A stretch of DNA of 64,000 nt, taken from contig NW_005434621.1 of the NCBI RefSeq assembly GCF_000315625.1, positions 201,398 through 265,397 on the forward strand, in the 5' to 3' direction. The DNA comes from Guillardia theta CCMP2712 (lineage: Eukaryota > Protista > Cryptophyta). Both the position numbers and the translations under genes were made by a program. This document shows, one piece after another, positions 52,218 to 64,000 of this stretch (its first letter is position 1; each line of letters opens with the position of its first letter). The notes under the pieces were generated by a model that saw nothing but the letters and a program-made list of their open reading frames with translations, was not told the origin of the DNA and ran no database searches.

Positions 52218-52452
52218 AGGGCTGCTTGTTCTGGGAGCTAGGAGCATGAGGGTGCAGTAAACCACTCGTGTCTTCTAGTGTTTTATGCGATTCTTTGATT
52301 ATCGAAAGCGTCTGGGTGATTTCTCAATCATCCCTCGTCGTCTCGCGTACGTTCTGAGCGGTTAGAGCACAGATGAGCGCGCTATACAGGCAGTGAGTGG
52401 TGGGCCATCATGGCATACGAGTCGAAATTCTCCGATCCAGCAGGTTAAGTTC

Positions 52453-55400
52453 CTAGAACCCTGGTGCCTTTGTGCTTGCCCCGAGCAGCATATGTAGAAG
52501 ACGCTCTACAGACTCCCTGAGACGTCCGTGAGGGGAGAAGAGGAAAGGAGTACAAAAAGACCTCAAGACCGCATCGTTGGCATTCACCGTCATCGTCAGC
52601 GTCCTCTCCGCCTAGGATGCAAGTCACAACCCCACAATCTCACCGCATCTTCACCTGATTCGCCGTCATCTGCAAGCAGCATTCTGATGTCACGCCGCTG
52701 CCCTCGAATAGGCCGCAGCCATGGATGGAGTTCTCCGCCGAGTCCGCCACCAGCCCCATGTGCAGCCCATTGTTGAGCATCGCCTTGAGCGTTGACACGT
52801 TCATCCACTTCTCGGTGGTGCTGATGGTCTGACACTGACCGCAGGAGGAGCACGAGGCGAACTTGGAGTCGAAGTCACTCTTGCTCAGCTGCACTGCCGT
52901 CGTGAACTTGCAGGAGAAGACAGGAAGCTTCAGCGACAGGACCCGCTGCTCGGCTGCGGAAGAGAAGGAGATCGTCATGCCGACGGGGTTGACGAAAGGC
53001 CTTGAGCAAGCCATGGACGTGGTCAGCTGCAGCTGCTGCTTCGCTGCGATCTGGTTGGTGTGGCTCGAGACCGATCCCGACAACTCCTGCGAAAAATGGA
53101 TCTGAATGGCGAAGTTGGTCATCTCCTGCGGCATCTTGTTCCCCACGAAGATCGCCAACTTCCCGTTGCTCTTGGAGTACTGCGACTTGATTCCAATCTG
53201 TACAAACGAGTCTTCATACAAGATCCCCTCCTTGTTCACAGCCAGCCGCACAAGCCAATTGAACATCTGCTCGTAGGTGGCACCTGGCGACTGACCGCTG
53301 ACCGACAAGTCCACGTGAGTCCCGGGAGCGTCGAAGCCTCCCATGAGCGACATGCTGCCTGCTGCGAAGTTGGGCGGCTGCATGAAGGACGAGGCGAAAG
53401 GATCAGGTGCGCTGTTCATCGCCATGGCCGGCACACTAGCAGCTGCGTTAGGCGGCTGAGGAGGAGTTGCGCCAGACAGGTCGAGAGAAACCAAGTCGTC
53501 GATCAACGAGGCGTTGGCCTTGGGTGCTACTGATGCTGAAGATGATGGAACTACAGGGACTTGTGGCACAGGGGGCGGCATGTAGGGATTGTCAGCAGGG
53601 GGAGGAGAAAAAGGAGGGGGAGGAGGTTGCGAGTACTGCACAACGGGTGAGAACAAGGGAGGCAACCGAGAGGAGGAGAAGGCAACTCACGTTTCCATGA
53701 TTGTGCAGTCCCTGCCCGCTCGGCCCTAAAGAGAAGATGTCATCCTCCTTTGGATGCATGCTTGAACTCGCGATAGTTTGCGGCATCCTGTCAAGGTGTC
53801 ACGGGAAAATCGTACGGCCTACAGGGCGGCGGGGAGCGCACCCCAGGGGCGAGTTGAAGGGATGAGTTGGAGGAGGAGGAGGTTTCGGAGACCCGAACAG
53901 CTCCTGCAGCTGGGGTCACTGCTGGGCTGTGGCAAAGAGGTAGGCGCGTTCACCTCCAGCACGTTCATATCCTCTCTCTTCGACGCCTTGGGGCGCACGT
54001 CAGGTCCGATCCCCTTAGAAGAGGAAAATGTTTCTCACCTTCACCTTCTCCTCCGCCGCTGTCTTGGTCGACTCCGCCAGAGCCTGTCGCAGCTCTTCGT
54101 CCTCGTCGTAACTCGCTGCTAAAAATAATGAGGATGAGGAGGACAAGGAGGAGTTTTGTCAACATTCCAAGAGGAGGAGGGGAGTGACTTACCTGATAGG
54201 GGGGACTGGAAGACAGGAGTCTCGGCGTTCGTCTGGAAAAATCTTCAGAGATCAGGAGGAGGAACAGAAAGTGATGATGGAGGAGGGGGTGGAGAAGACA
54301 GGACGGAGGATGTGAGGAGATGGTGCTGAGATTCTGACCGTGGGAGATGTATGCTGCTGCGCTTGGTCTGGCCGCTTCTTCCCCCTGCGATGGAACTTCA
54401 ACACAACCAGAAGACCACGTGCACCATGGCTGACATTAGCAGATCTTCATATTCATTCAACTTCTCCGTGATTTGATCATTCAATGTCAAGAATTGCATG
54501 AGCCGAGCCTGAATATATGTGAAAATTTCGTGAAAATCACCATTCTTGTCTTCACCTCATCTTGTATTTCTCCAACTTGGTTCTGTATCGCAACCACACA
54601 CGCTTTACACATCATTACTACTTCCGCCAGAGCCTGATGGCATGTCAGAAGATCCTGGACAGCTCTCTACCGTATTCACCTCGTTGCCGTGTAAGCTTGA
54701 CGCATCTTCTGCTGTCAGCATCGACGACAGCAGCGTAAGGTACTCCTTCCCCTGATCCAGATCGACCTTCTGCTCCGACCCAAATGCAGGCGGGAGCAGG
54801 TGAGACGTTTCAGCTTCTAAGGGAAGAGATGGAGGGGAGCATCAATTCATTCACCTTGAGATTGATATCTGCGTTGTATCCAGCCCCAGGAGCGTAGTTG
54901 CCGTTGGAAAAGTCCTCGCGCATCTGTCACGCAGAAAAAGCATCAGGTAAGTTTTTTGCCTCATCCCTGCCTCTCACATCTCCATATCCCGCGTCCATAT
55001 TCGATGGCCTCGTTGCATTCGGATAAGAGCTCAATCCTGGACGCATCTGCAACATTTTCTCACCAGTTCAGTCGCTACCTTTCCTTCGCCTCCGTCCCTC
55101 CGTCCCTCTCTCCCTCCGTCCCTCTCCTCTCCCTCCCTCCCTCCCTCCCTCACAAATAGACTCACAGGTTGAAGGCCCTGTTGTCTATCCTGCATAGCCC
55201 TCTGCTGCAACTGTACTTTCTCCTCTGTCACACAGGCAGTCAGAACCCTCTCTCTATTCTCCTGGCAGCTTTCCAGATCTTGCCAGCTCTTTGGCAGAAG
55301 CAGCATATTCGTTCATTCTCCCATCCGTCCCGTACAGCCTGCCACCAGACCTCAATCTCAACACGTCTCCTTGCAACAAGAAGGGTACCGAGACCAACTT

Positions 55401-55991
55401 CGAATCAGCTCTGCAGCCTTCTGCTGCACATTGGGATAGTTTCCCTACACGGTCATCAGCCTTAGTCTCTGCCCCCCTGCCCTCCTCTTTCACCTTCCCC
55501 GGCGTCGCAAGCTTGAGGACTCGGGACAGAACTTTCTTCATCACCAACACTTGGAACTGAAATCCGTTGCTCTGCCATGCTGCTGAGTGCTCCAACTTCA
55601 CACGGAGGCAAGATTGACCTGCATGCACTGATCTAGAAGGTCCAGAGACACCACAGAAACCTGCGTCGCAGACTGTCAGGTATGCAAGGACCACCCAATC
55701 CCCTCATACTTGCGGGCTCTTGTCTTTGACTCTAGCCTTGATGTTCTTGACAGCTTCCATGATTCTGGACCCAAAAATCAGCCGGCATGCTTCCTCTAGC
55801 GTATTCGGAGAGGAATACAAGTTGGGGTGCTCCTGGAGAATCTGGTTGATTTCAACCATCGCTGCATAGAAGGCTCAGCATTCGTCCCCTCCCTCCTTCC
55901 TCGTCGTCATACCTGTCGGATCGCCTTCCCCGTCCCTCCCTGGGTTCGTTGCCCGGAATATAGCGCCCTTGAGTTTGACCACCTCTCCCAT
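52453..55991 (-). CDS. VHS + GAT + alpha-adaptin appendage-domain protein (TOM1/GGA-like adaptor)
   Basis: N-terminus MGEVVKLKGAIFRATNP...MVEINQIL...EAVKNIKARVKDKSPQ|VVLAYLTVCD (VHS-like). KVDLDQGKEYLTLLSSML...RLMQFLTLNDQITEKLNEYE (GAT-like). Pro-rich linker with SLIDDLVSLD and DPF. C-terminus NKEGILYEDSFVQIGIKSQY..GKLAIFVGNK...LKLPV..CKF (AP-2 alpha ear-like). Confidence 0.75.
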
Positions 55992-57238
55992 GTCTAGTCT
56001 GCCAAGTCCGGTCACCTTGACCTCGTCGCTTCCTCAGTCTGTACTAATCATCTGCTATCAGCTATCCTGTGTGCATGGGATCTCTACGTGCAAGGCGTCA
56101 TGGATCTCTGCCCAATCCCAAGCACTCCTGCATCCCTCTTTGTTGATAAATCCACTTGCGAAACACAGGAAGCTTGCATTCTTCTATCTGTGGCTTCGTT
56201 CACAATGTACGAAGCAGTTCAGAAGCTCTATGATTTCTTCAGAGCGACTTCTGCCTAGTCAATCTCTACCAAGCCTCGTCCTCCTGTATCTCTGCGAATC
56301 CTCCACATACCCTTCAATCACACAGCGCTTCCTTCAAAATCTCCTCCGTTTCAACCTGTATCTTCTCGATCCTCCACCTCCTCAACCTGACCATCCATCT
56401 GTTCCTCATCCTGATATCTCTGCCTCTCCTTCCTCCCCTCTTCCTGTCCCTTCATCTCGCTTCTCGCCCATTTTTGTTTCTCCTGCCACCTTCGGCATTA
56501 CCTAGTGACTGTACTACCCTACCCTCTAGAGCTCCTACCCTCTGACCCGTTCCACTACCCTCTGAAGATTGTGTCCTGTACCCCCGAATCATCTGCATCA
56601 CCCCTGCTTTTCCCTTTTTATGACCCCTCGTGTCCGACCTTTTATGTATACCCTACCCACCATCGGGGCGATTGCTGCTACATGCCACCCCCACCCCAAG
56701 CAACGATGAGTAATACTCTACCCCTATCCGAAGGGTCTACAACTTTTCCCTCTGCATTAGGTGGAGGGACCGGTCCTTGAGCCACTGTAACTACACCACC
56801 ACCCCTTTGACCTAAGGGATTCAATAACCATAATTCAGGGGTAGGGGTGCTATGTACCACCCCTTCGTTGCACCTCCAAAGTACCCCGTGGCCTTCTGTG
56901 TATGTTGACTATAATACCATCTCACCCGCCTTTCTGACCTCTACCCCTCCAAGTACTGTAAACCACCCTCCCATTGTTAGCTATTTTGACAAGGTTCACC
57001 ACCCCCAGGGACACAGTACCCCTGTATTACCAAACCCCCTACCCCCCTCTGCCCCATGTTCTGAGGCGGGTTGTATTTGACTACGTCCATCAAAGTAAAG
57101 ACGAGAAGAATGGAGCGACGCGAGGAGGAGGAGGGCAGCAGCATAACGAAAGCAGATGCTTCCTTCTCCTCTCCTCTCCTCTCCTTGTCCTCCTCTTTCT
57201 CTCCACTCCAGACTTCCTCCCTCCCTCACAGGCCGACC

Positions 57239-60123
57239 ATGATGGGCAAATCACGCCCACGCCATTGTTGGCGTTCACCGCGAAAGGGCGTGCATTGTGC
57301 TGCGAGCATGGGACTAGCGTGTGCCCTGATAGCCAACTTTGTGCATCCTTGCATCTCCCAGGGAATCTGGACTGATGTTGTGATGCCGGACTTGGTGGAC
57401 GCAGTTCCCAGCTTCAATGCATTTTATCCGCACCTATCACAATCATCGGATCAGGCTTCGTCTCCAGAGCTGGAGACTACGAGTGCACATTTCGAACAGA
57501 CTTCACCATCTGCTCCTCCTTCTCAACAACTCCTGCAACCTTCTGCAACGAGCCAGAGGTCAGGACGTCGACGGCTCGTGTTGCTTCGCGGTCGATGCTG
57601 ATATGCAACAGCCCTTCGTGGAACCTTCCTGGCATGCAGATGAGCTTTGAAGTGCGCAAGGCAGGCATTCCCCTCTACAAGGATGACTTCTTCGAGCTCG
57701 TCTCCGCATACGCTTTCATAAACTCCACCATCCCTTCCATCGCCGGGGCCTCTGGGAAGTACAACGGAGTACAGAGGACCATTACGTTGGTGGGGCGGGC
57801 TTCGATGCCTACCCCTCCTTCACGGGGGCATGCAGCCTGTGCTATCAGTCCCCTCATGCTCCTCTCTACACCTGCCTGTTCGTGGGCCTGCAGGAGAAGA
57901 TCGAGACGCAGGCGTTGGACGTGCTCAGCGTCAACCAGGTCGTGTGCGAGATGCCGACGTGGCGGCATGCCCAGGGGTTCGTCGACGTTCATCTCCTCCA
58001 TGCACAGCAGCCCGTGCGATCGCGTGCTGTCCTCAGCTTCATCCACGAGTGCGAGTCCATCGATAGGACTGAGCTTTCAGTGCTGGGAGGAGGTGAGGGA
58101 GAGTGGCACGTCCAGTACTCCCTACCTAATCTACCCCTGTCTACCACCACTGCCTTCTCCTCCTCCTCATTCTCCTCCTCCTCTCCATGCCTTCTACTCT
58201 TCCACTCACCTCTTCATTCCTGACGCCTCTACTCCACCAGCACTCCCTTGTCCCACCTCCTCGTCTCCCTACTTCCTCTACGCTGCTGGCGGTGACTAGT
58301 CTTTCTTCAGAGGTCGTCAGGATCGCAGGACACGGCTTCAGCCCGCTGGAGCAATACCTCTGCGAGTTTGCGGCGGAAGGGCATGCAGTCTTGCAGGAAG
58401 CCTCCTACATCAACCGAACGCTGCTCAGCTGCTCCAGCCCTGAGTGGACGGTCGATTTCCCTGCTGCGTCTCTACGAGTCCTCGCCCGATCCACTGGAGA
58501 GTATCTGGCAGTCAACTCGAATTCGTCCTTCCTCCTCCCCTTCACCGCTGAAGTGATCAGCTTGTCGCCCTCCCAGGGACCAGCGGCAGGAGGAGCCTCC
58601 ATCACCCTCACAGTGAGCGACGTCCCTGCTTGTCGTCTGCTGCGAGAGTCTGATTTTACCATCCGTGCCTCCCTCCCCGTTCCGTTCCCTTTCGTTCCCC
58701 ACTCATTTATGTACTTTTTGAGACGTCTTCTACTCTCTTGTTGTGACTGTCAACCAACCTCCTGACTTGTAGAACCTTCCTTGACCTTCCGTTCAGGGAC
58801 GGGGGCTCTTCTCTTCGAATGTTTTTCTTGTCAAGTTTGCCTGTGGCGACTACGAGCAGATAGTCAGTCTGCACGGCAAGACACCTCGTGACGCCCAGCA
58901 CGTCGTCCTCTCATCGCCGGACTGGATGGGAGAAGGATGCACGTCGGACGTGTCGATCGTCATGTCTGGGAAGGAGGTGCTGTACAGGACCAACGGTGAG
59001 ATAGAGGATAGGTTGCTGATCGCTGATCGGGATTGTGATTATGGACTGATACTGATACTGATACTGATACTGATACTGATACTGATACTGATTTGTGAAA
59101 CACGAGCAAACTTTGTTGTCCTGGTTGACTGAGGTGCAGGGAGCAAGCTCGTCTTCACTTTCCTCCCCTCGTCGATCAGGATGGCCAACACGACCGGGCC
59201 GCTGGGAGGAGGATCATACCTGTCTGTGATCGGAAGAGCTTATCCATTGGTGAGGGAATAACTTATGCAGCAAGTGAAATGCGGAGCATCAGGAAGAAAG
59301 GAGGAGGAGAAGGAGGAGAAGAGGAAAGGGGAGAGAAGAGGAAGAGGAGGGAAAGGATTGTTCAAGATGTAAAAAGACGTCTGTAGCGAGCAACGTACTG
59401 ACAATATCGAATCCAAGAATTTTCTTGACGACTTCTCCCTGACGGTTCTGCGATACAGGGCGGAAACTTTCAGCTCGTGTTCGCCGGAACCTCAAGTGAG
59501 GTCAACGCAGCCATTGCGGACCCGACCTGCACTTGTCAGTCAAGCTGTCGAGCTTATAAATGCCTCCAAGGAACAAGAATATCTCCTCAACTCATTACCG
59601 TGCAGGTAGAAATGCCTCCATCTCAATCCTCCTCCTTGTGTCCTTCTTTCTGTTCCCAGCTTCCCCCCTCTCCTCCTCCCTCTCACCATTGTTTCTCTCC
59701 CTCCTCCTCCTCCTCCTCCTCCTCCTCCTCCTCCTCCTCCTCCTCCTCCTCCTGCTCCTGCTCCTGCTCCTCCTCCTCCTCCTCCTCCTCCTCCTCCTCC
59801 CACATCTATCTCACCTTAGCTACAGATTCCTTTTTGGCCGGGAGTCGGAGTCGCAAACGTAAGCATGCTGATCGCAAACTCGCCTGCTTCATCCTCCGGT
59901 CTGCTGAGAACCTTGAGAGTTTACATGGGCTCTTGACAAGCTCGATCAGCTTTCATCTTCGCAGACTTTCAATACTCTCAAGACTTCTGGGAGGTGCCGT
60001 CGACGACCTTCGGACCTGCAGGGTCAGTGCCAAAATGACTTTGTTAATTTGTTGAGCCTGTGTCGCTGTATCCGATGATGATGACGACGACGATTACGAT
60101 GATGATGATGCTGATGATGATGC

Positions 60124-60158
<35 letters not shown>

Positions 60159-60192
60159 CTGATGATGATGATGATGATGCTGATGATGATGC

Positions 60193-60223
<31 letters not shown>

Positions 60224-63200
60224 GAGGACAAGGATTCTGACAAGAATTTCAAACAGAGGGGATTTTCAAATCACGGTCTTCGGCAACTTTCTTGTCAACA
60301 AGTTCTACACGTTGAGGTCTTTCTCTCCGCGTTGATTCACCTCCTACTCAACGTGAACGAAACCGTGAACGCGCAGGATGATCGGAGAGGAAGACGTCTT
60401 GACCGCCGCAGCTTCAGCCGTCTTGCCCGACCGCGTCACCTTCCACGTGCAGGACTCGAATGGGAAGGAGAGGAACGTCAAGCTCTCAGTGGTGAGAGAT
60501 GACGTGGAGATCGGGCTGAAGAACAAAAGGGAACAAGGCTTCTCTTTCCGAGGTTATCATTATCCTCCTCCTCCTCCTCCCTCCTCCTCCTCCCTCCGCC
60601 TCTCCCCTCCTCCCTCCTCTCTCCTTCTCCCACCCTTGTTGCCCCCTGTGTCTAGCCTCGTCTCTCTCGTGCTCCTCCTTGTTCTCCCTGCTCTCATCCT
60701 TATCCACCTGCTTTGCCCTTCTCTTTTCCATCTTCTCTTTCTTTGTCTCTGTGACTGACTTCCTGCCCGTCGGGGTCCTTGTCATGTACCATGCTCTACA
60801 GCAATCCTCTTCGACCAGTCCGTCTTAGCCCTCGCTGATCAGACCAAACTTTCCCTCAGAGGGCAAAGTCTCAACACGTCGTCGACCTCTCGATACATCT
60901 GCAGGCACTTTGGCGTCAATGTGCTGACATCGGCCGCATGCCAGTCGATCAGCAACGGTGCGCTTCTTAGATCGTGCTCAGCAACTTATCGTCCCTCGTT
61001 CATCCTCCTCCTTCCTCCATCCCTCCCACCTCTTCTTCCTCTCCTCTCCAATTCCCAACTTCTTCCACCTTGCCCACTCTTTCCCCTCAGTTTTGAAACT
61101 CCCCTCCACCCCCTTCCCCTCATCCCTCCCTCATTCTTCCCCTCTCCCTTTCTCTCCTTCCTCTTCCTCTCCTACTCTCCTTCTACTCTCCTCCCTCTCC
61201 TTCTACTCTCCTTCCTCCTCCCTCCTCCTTCTACCGTTCTCTCTTTCAGTATGATCTGACTTGTATCCTCTCATTATCGGCCTGCAGTGACCGTCATCAA
61301 TGACAACTTGATCGAATGCGACCTCCCACCGACCAGCGTCTGTCCCTTCTGTCAGGAGAACGTCTCTGTGTGTTATGCAAACAACCCGTCGATGTGTCTG
61401 CTAGCAAACTCATCGCTCAGGACGCAAGTTCTGGTGCCTGACATGTTTCTTCTGTCCTTGCTGTCCAACTGAACATCGACTGCCGAGCAGACTGTGGACA
61501 GAGTTGGCATCGTTGAAAGCGCGTTACCATCCGTGGTCTACGTGAAGGATTTCGAGCTGGTAACGACGTACATTCATCCTTTATCTCCCTCTGCTCCTCG
61601 CCATGAGATTGTCTCCAGCGTGTGTTGTGTGCTCCTTGCCGAACTGCTGTTGGTTCAGTTTGCACTCTGACAAGTGAACATTGTAACATCACATCATCAC
61701 AATCTGAAGGCGCTGACAAATTGCTGTCATTACTCACCGAATACTTGTTAGGTCACCATAACAGGAACCAGCCTCATCTTCGGCGCTCCTTTCTGCAACG
61801 TGGAGGTCTTTTGCGACTTTCTCTCCGACCAGATCGTCAGGTCGTTGAGGTACAACGTCAGCAGCAGCGCAGGTCAGCTGCGGCAACCTCGTAACCCGCC
61901 ACTCCAGACTCACATCAACATCACAGGTTGGTTGAACATCGATGAACGATTTTCTTCTCCTCCTCCCTCCTGGGTGATCGTGACCAAAGTCCCTCGTCGC
62001 CGTTGTCTCACCCACTCTCTAGCTCATCGTCAACGACGAGATTGTTTTACTCTCCAACCAGCTCCATGCTCAAGGAAGCGTCTTGTCTCACGGAGGTACC
62101 TCCACCACTCCTCTTCACTCCCTCCCATGATTCCCTCACAGAGAGCTGGATCTGCATCTCGGAGCTGCTCCAGCAAAGCATCCCTCCTGGGGAGGTTGGG
62201 GTTGGTAAGATGCATGCTCCCTATCATCCCCTGCTCGGGTTTCCCTTTTTTCTCGCTGTGTCCTTTCCTTCCTCCTTCACCATCACCATCACCTACGCTC
62301 TCCCTCCTCCTCCTCCTCCTACTTCTACCTCTCCTCCTCCTACCTCTCTTACTCCTCCTACCTCTCTTACTCCTCCTACCTCTCTTACTCCTCCTACCTC
62401 TCTTACTCCTCCCACCTCTCTTACTCCTCGTACTCTTCCTCACCCCCTCGCATCGTTTGTTCCTTCAACCTCTCACTCATTCCTCAAGAACTTTTCTACT
62501 CCGGGCTCTCCTTCGCCTTCCAGCTGGTGGGTCTCCCCCCCCGCTCTGTGCAGCCACCCTGACGAACTCGGCAGATTGCGGGGGTGGTTGTGATGGATCA
62601 AGTGACGGACGTGGGGTACTGCGGGAGTGAGGGTCCTCTAAAGTCAACACCTTGCAAGTGACTTTGATCGATCAGCGAACGTGACCTTGGTCTCCTCGCT
62701 CCAAGTGGACTCAAGTAACCCCGAAGGCTCTTATGACATGTCGCTGATCGTTACCAGCAGCATGGCAGCTCCCCGTCAACTTCACCATCACGGCGGTACA
62801 GGCGAGCAGGTGACTTTGTTGACTCTGTCTTTGTCCATTTTGTTTACTTTGTTGACTCCCTTGACTGACTTTGTTGACTTTTGTGTTAGGGGGCAGATGA
62901 GCACGAGGGCGCGGGAGCATATCAAGGGCGACAGCCTGTCGGCGGTCAATGTCACGAACTCGGCACAAGTTGACAACGACAAGATCAGGTCAGTTGTACA
63001 TGGGGAGGCTGCAGGAGAGAGAGATGTTGCGGCGGCCTGTTATCGTCTGATGAGAAGGAGGAAGGAACGGATCGATGATGTTCGTGCCAGGTGCGATGCT
63101 TTCTGGTGGGACCTTGGGCGCTCGGGCAAGGTCCGGCTGCACAACAGCAACGGGAATTTCTACGGGGGAGCGACGGAGGAAAGAAGAGCTGCTGGTTGAA

Positions 63201-64000
63201 AGAGGGGGAGCTGAAAGTTGCTTGCAGATCGTCTTTGCCAAGAGCAAGTTCGTCAACGTTAGCTCGTCGAGAGGGTCCGCAGGGGGAGGGGATAAGTGAA
63301 TGACTGTCTTGCTGCCTTGCCCCCTCCTGACCTTTTCTGCTCCCTCAGCCTCCTCATTGAAGGAGAGTCGTTCTGCTACGCCGACGTCTCTTGTGCGTCG
63401 AACCATTACTTCTGCCGCTTCCAGGTCCTGCGAGCTGGAACGAGAGCGTGAATGTGCAGTGGCGATGATAATGATTATGAGGAGGAGGAGGAGGAGGAGG
63501 AGGAGGAAGTGGTGAAGGTGGAAAATATAGAAATGTAAGGACAGGGATGAAGGGGAGGTGGATGTATTGCTATGACAAAAGCAATGATGATTGTGATGAC
63601 GACGTTTGACTAATCTCCTCCAGACAAATTCTCATGTGCAAGACGTTGCTGCGGTTATCATCAGCAACTCAAAGATATCATGCACAACAACCACATGGCG
63701 TTCTGAAGCCGGAGGTAACTCCTCCTCCCTCCTCCCTTCTCCTCCCTCCTCTCTCCTCCCTCCTCAACTCATTCCCCTTCCTCCCCTTCTTGATTGTCTT
63801 TGTCTTCACTTTTCTTTGTCCTTTCCTCGTCTCATCTTGAACATGCAAGCAGAAACCCAGCTCACCGTGCATGACGTCAACCAGAACAATCTCCAGATTC
63901 GAGGAGGTGAAGGATCTTTCTTTCCCATCCCCTCCACCTCCTCCTCTTTCCTCTCGGTCCCTACCCTCCCTTCCTATTTACTCCTCCTCTCTCTCCTCTC
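57239..64000 (+). CDS. Large secreted/cell-surface protein with IPT/TIG-like repeats, multi-exon, 3' partial
   Basis: Hydrophobic leader MGLACALIANFVHPCISQ. IPT-like segments VRIAGHGF...YLCEF...YINRTLLSCSSP, VISLSPSQGPAAGGASITL, GPLGGGSYLSVIG and VINDNLIECDLP. Runs off the window end. Confidence 0.6.
60073..60221. repeat. (GAT/GCT)n trinucleotide microsatellite, intronic
   Basis: Visible directly. Other microsatellites: (CTGATA)n 59046-59092, (CATCGT)n 19631-19672, (CCT)n 59698-59800, (GCCCCT)n 14545-14587. Confidence 0.95.
62335..62430. repeat. 18-bp tandem repeat (cctcctacctctcttact), about 5 copies, intronic
   Basis: Visible directly. Confidence 0.85.

Overview
Gene-dense eukaryotic nuclear DNA with many short (about 45-60 nt) GT-AG and some GC-AG introns, purine/pyrimidine-rich low-complexity introns, two N gaps, axonemal dynein and bipartite signal+transit peptide leaders. 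This fits a flagellated alga with a complex plastid, most likely a cryptophyte such as Guillardia (inference). Genes in order: FAD-dependent oxidoreductase (5' partial); PDZ protein; an inverted pair of PH-domain / single-domain 6TM voltage-gated channel / EF-hand genes; a membrane-anchored hypothetical protein; a type II glutamine-synthetase-like gene; ArfGAP; a non-autonomous LTR element; outer-arm gamma-type dynein heavy chain; CRIB-PAK kinase; LUC7; plastid ferritin; cyclophilin; a VHS-GAT-alpha-adaptin-ear adaptor; and a large IPT/TIG surface protein (3' partial). Most notable: (1) the two channel paralogs are near-identical, introns included, except for sharp divergence islands at the pore and regulatory segments; (2) the GS has lost several catalytic residues but keeps an intact gene; (3) the GGA-like adaptor carries an alpha ear instead of a gamma ear; (4) LUC7 has lost all four ZnF1 zinc ligands; (5) a ubiquitin-like LRLRGG motif ends the cyclophilin presequence. 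Exon boundaries and family alignments were done by eye and are approximate.
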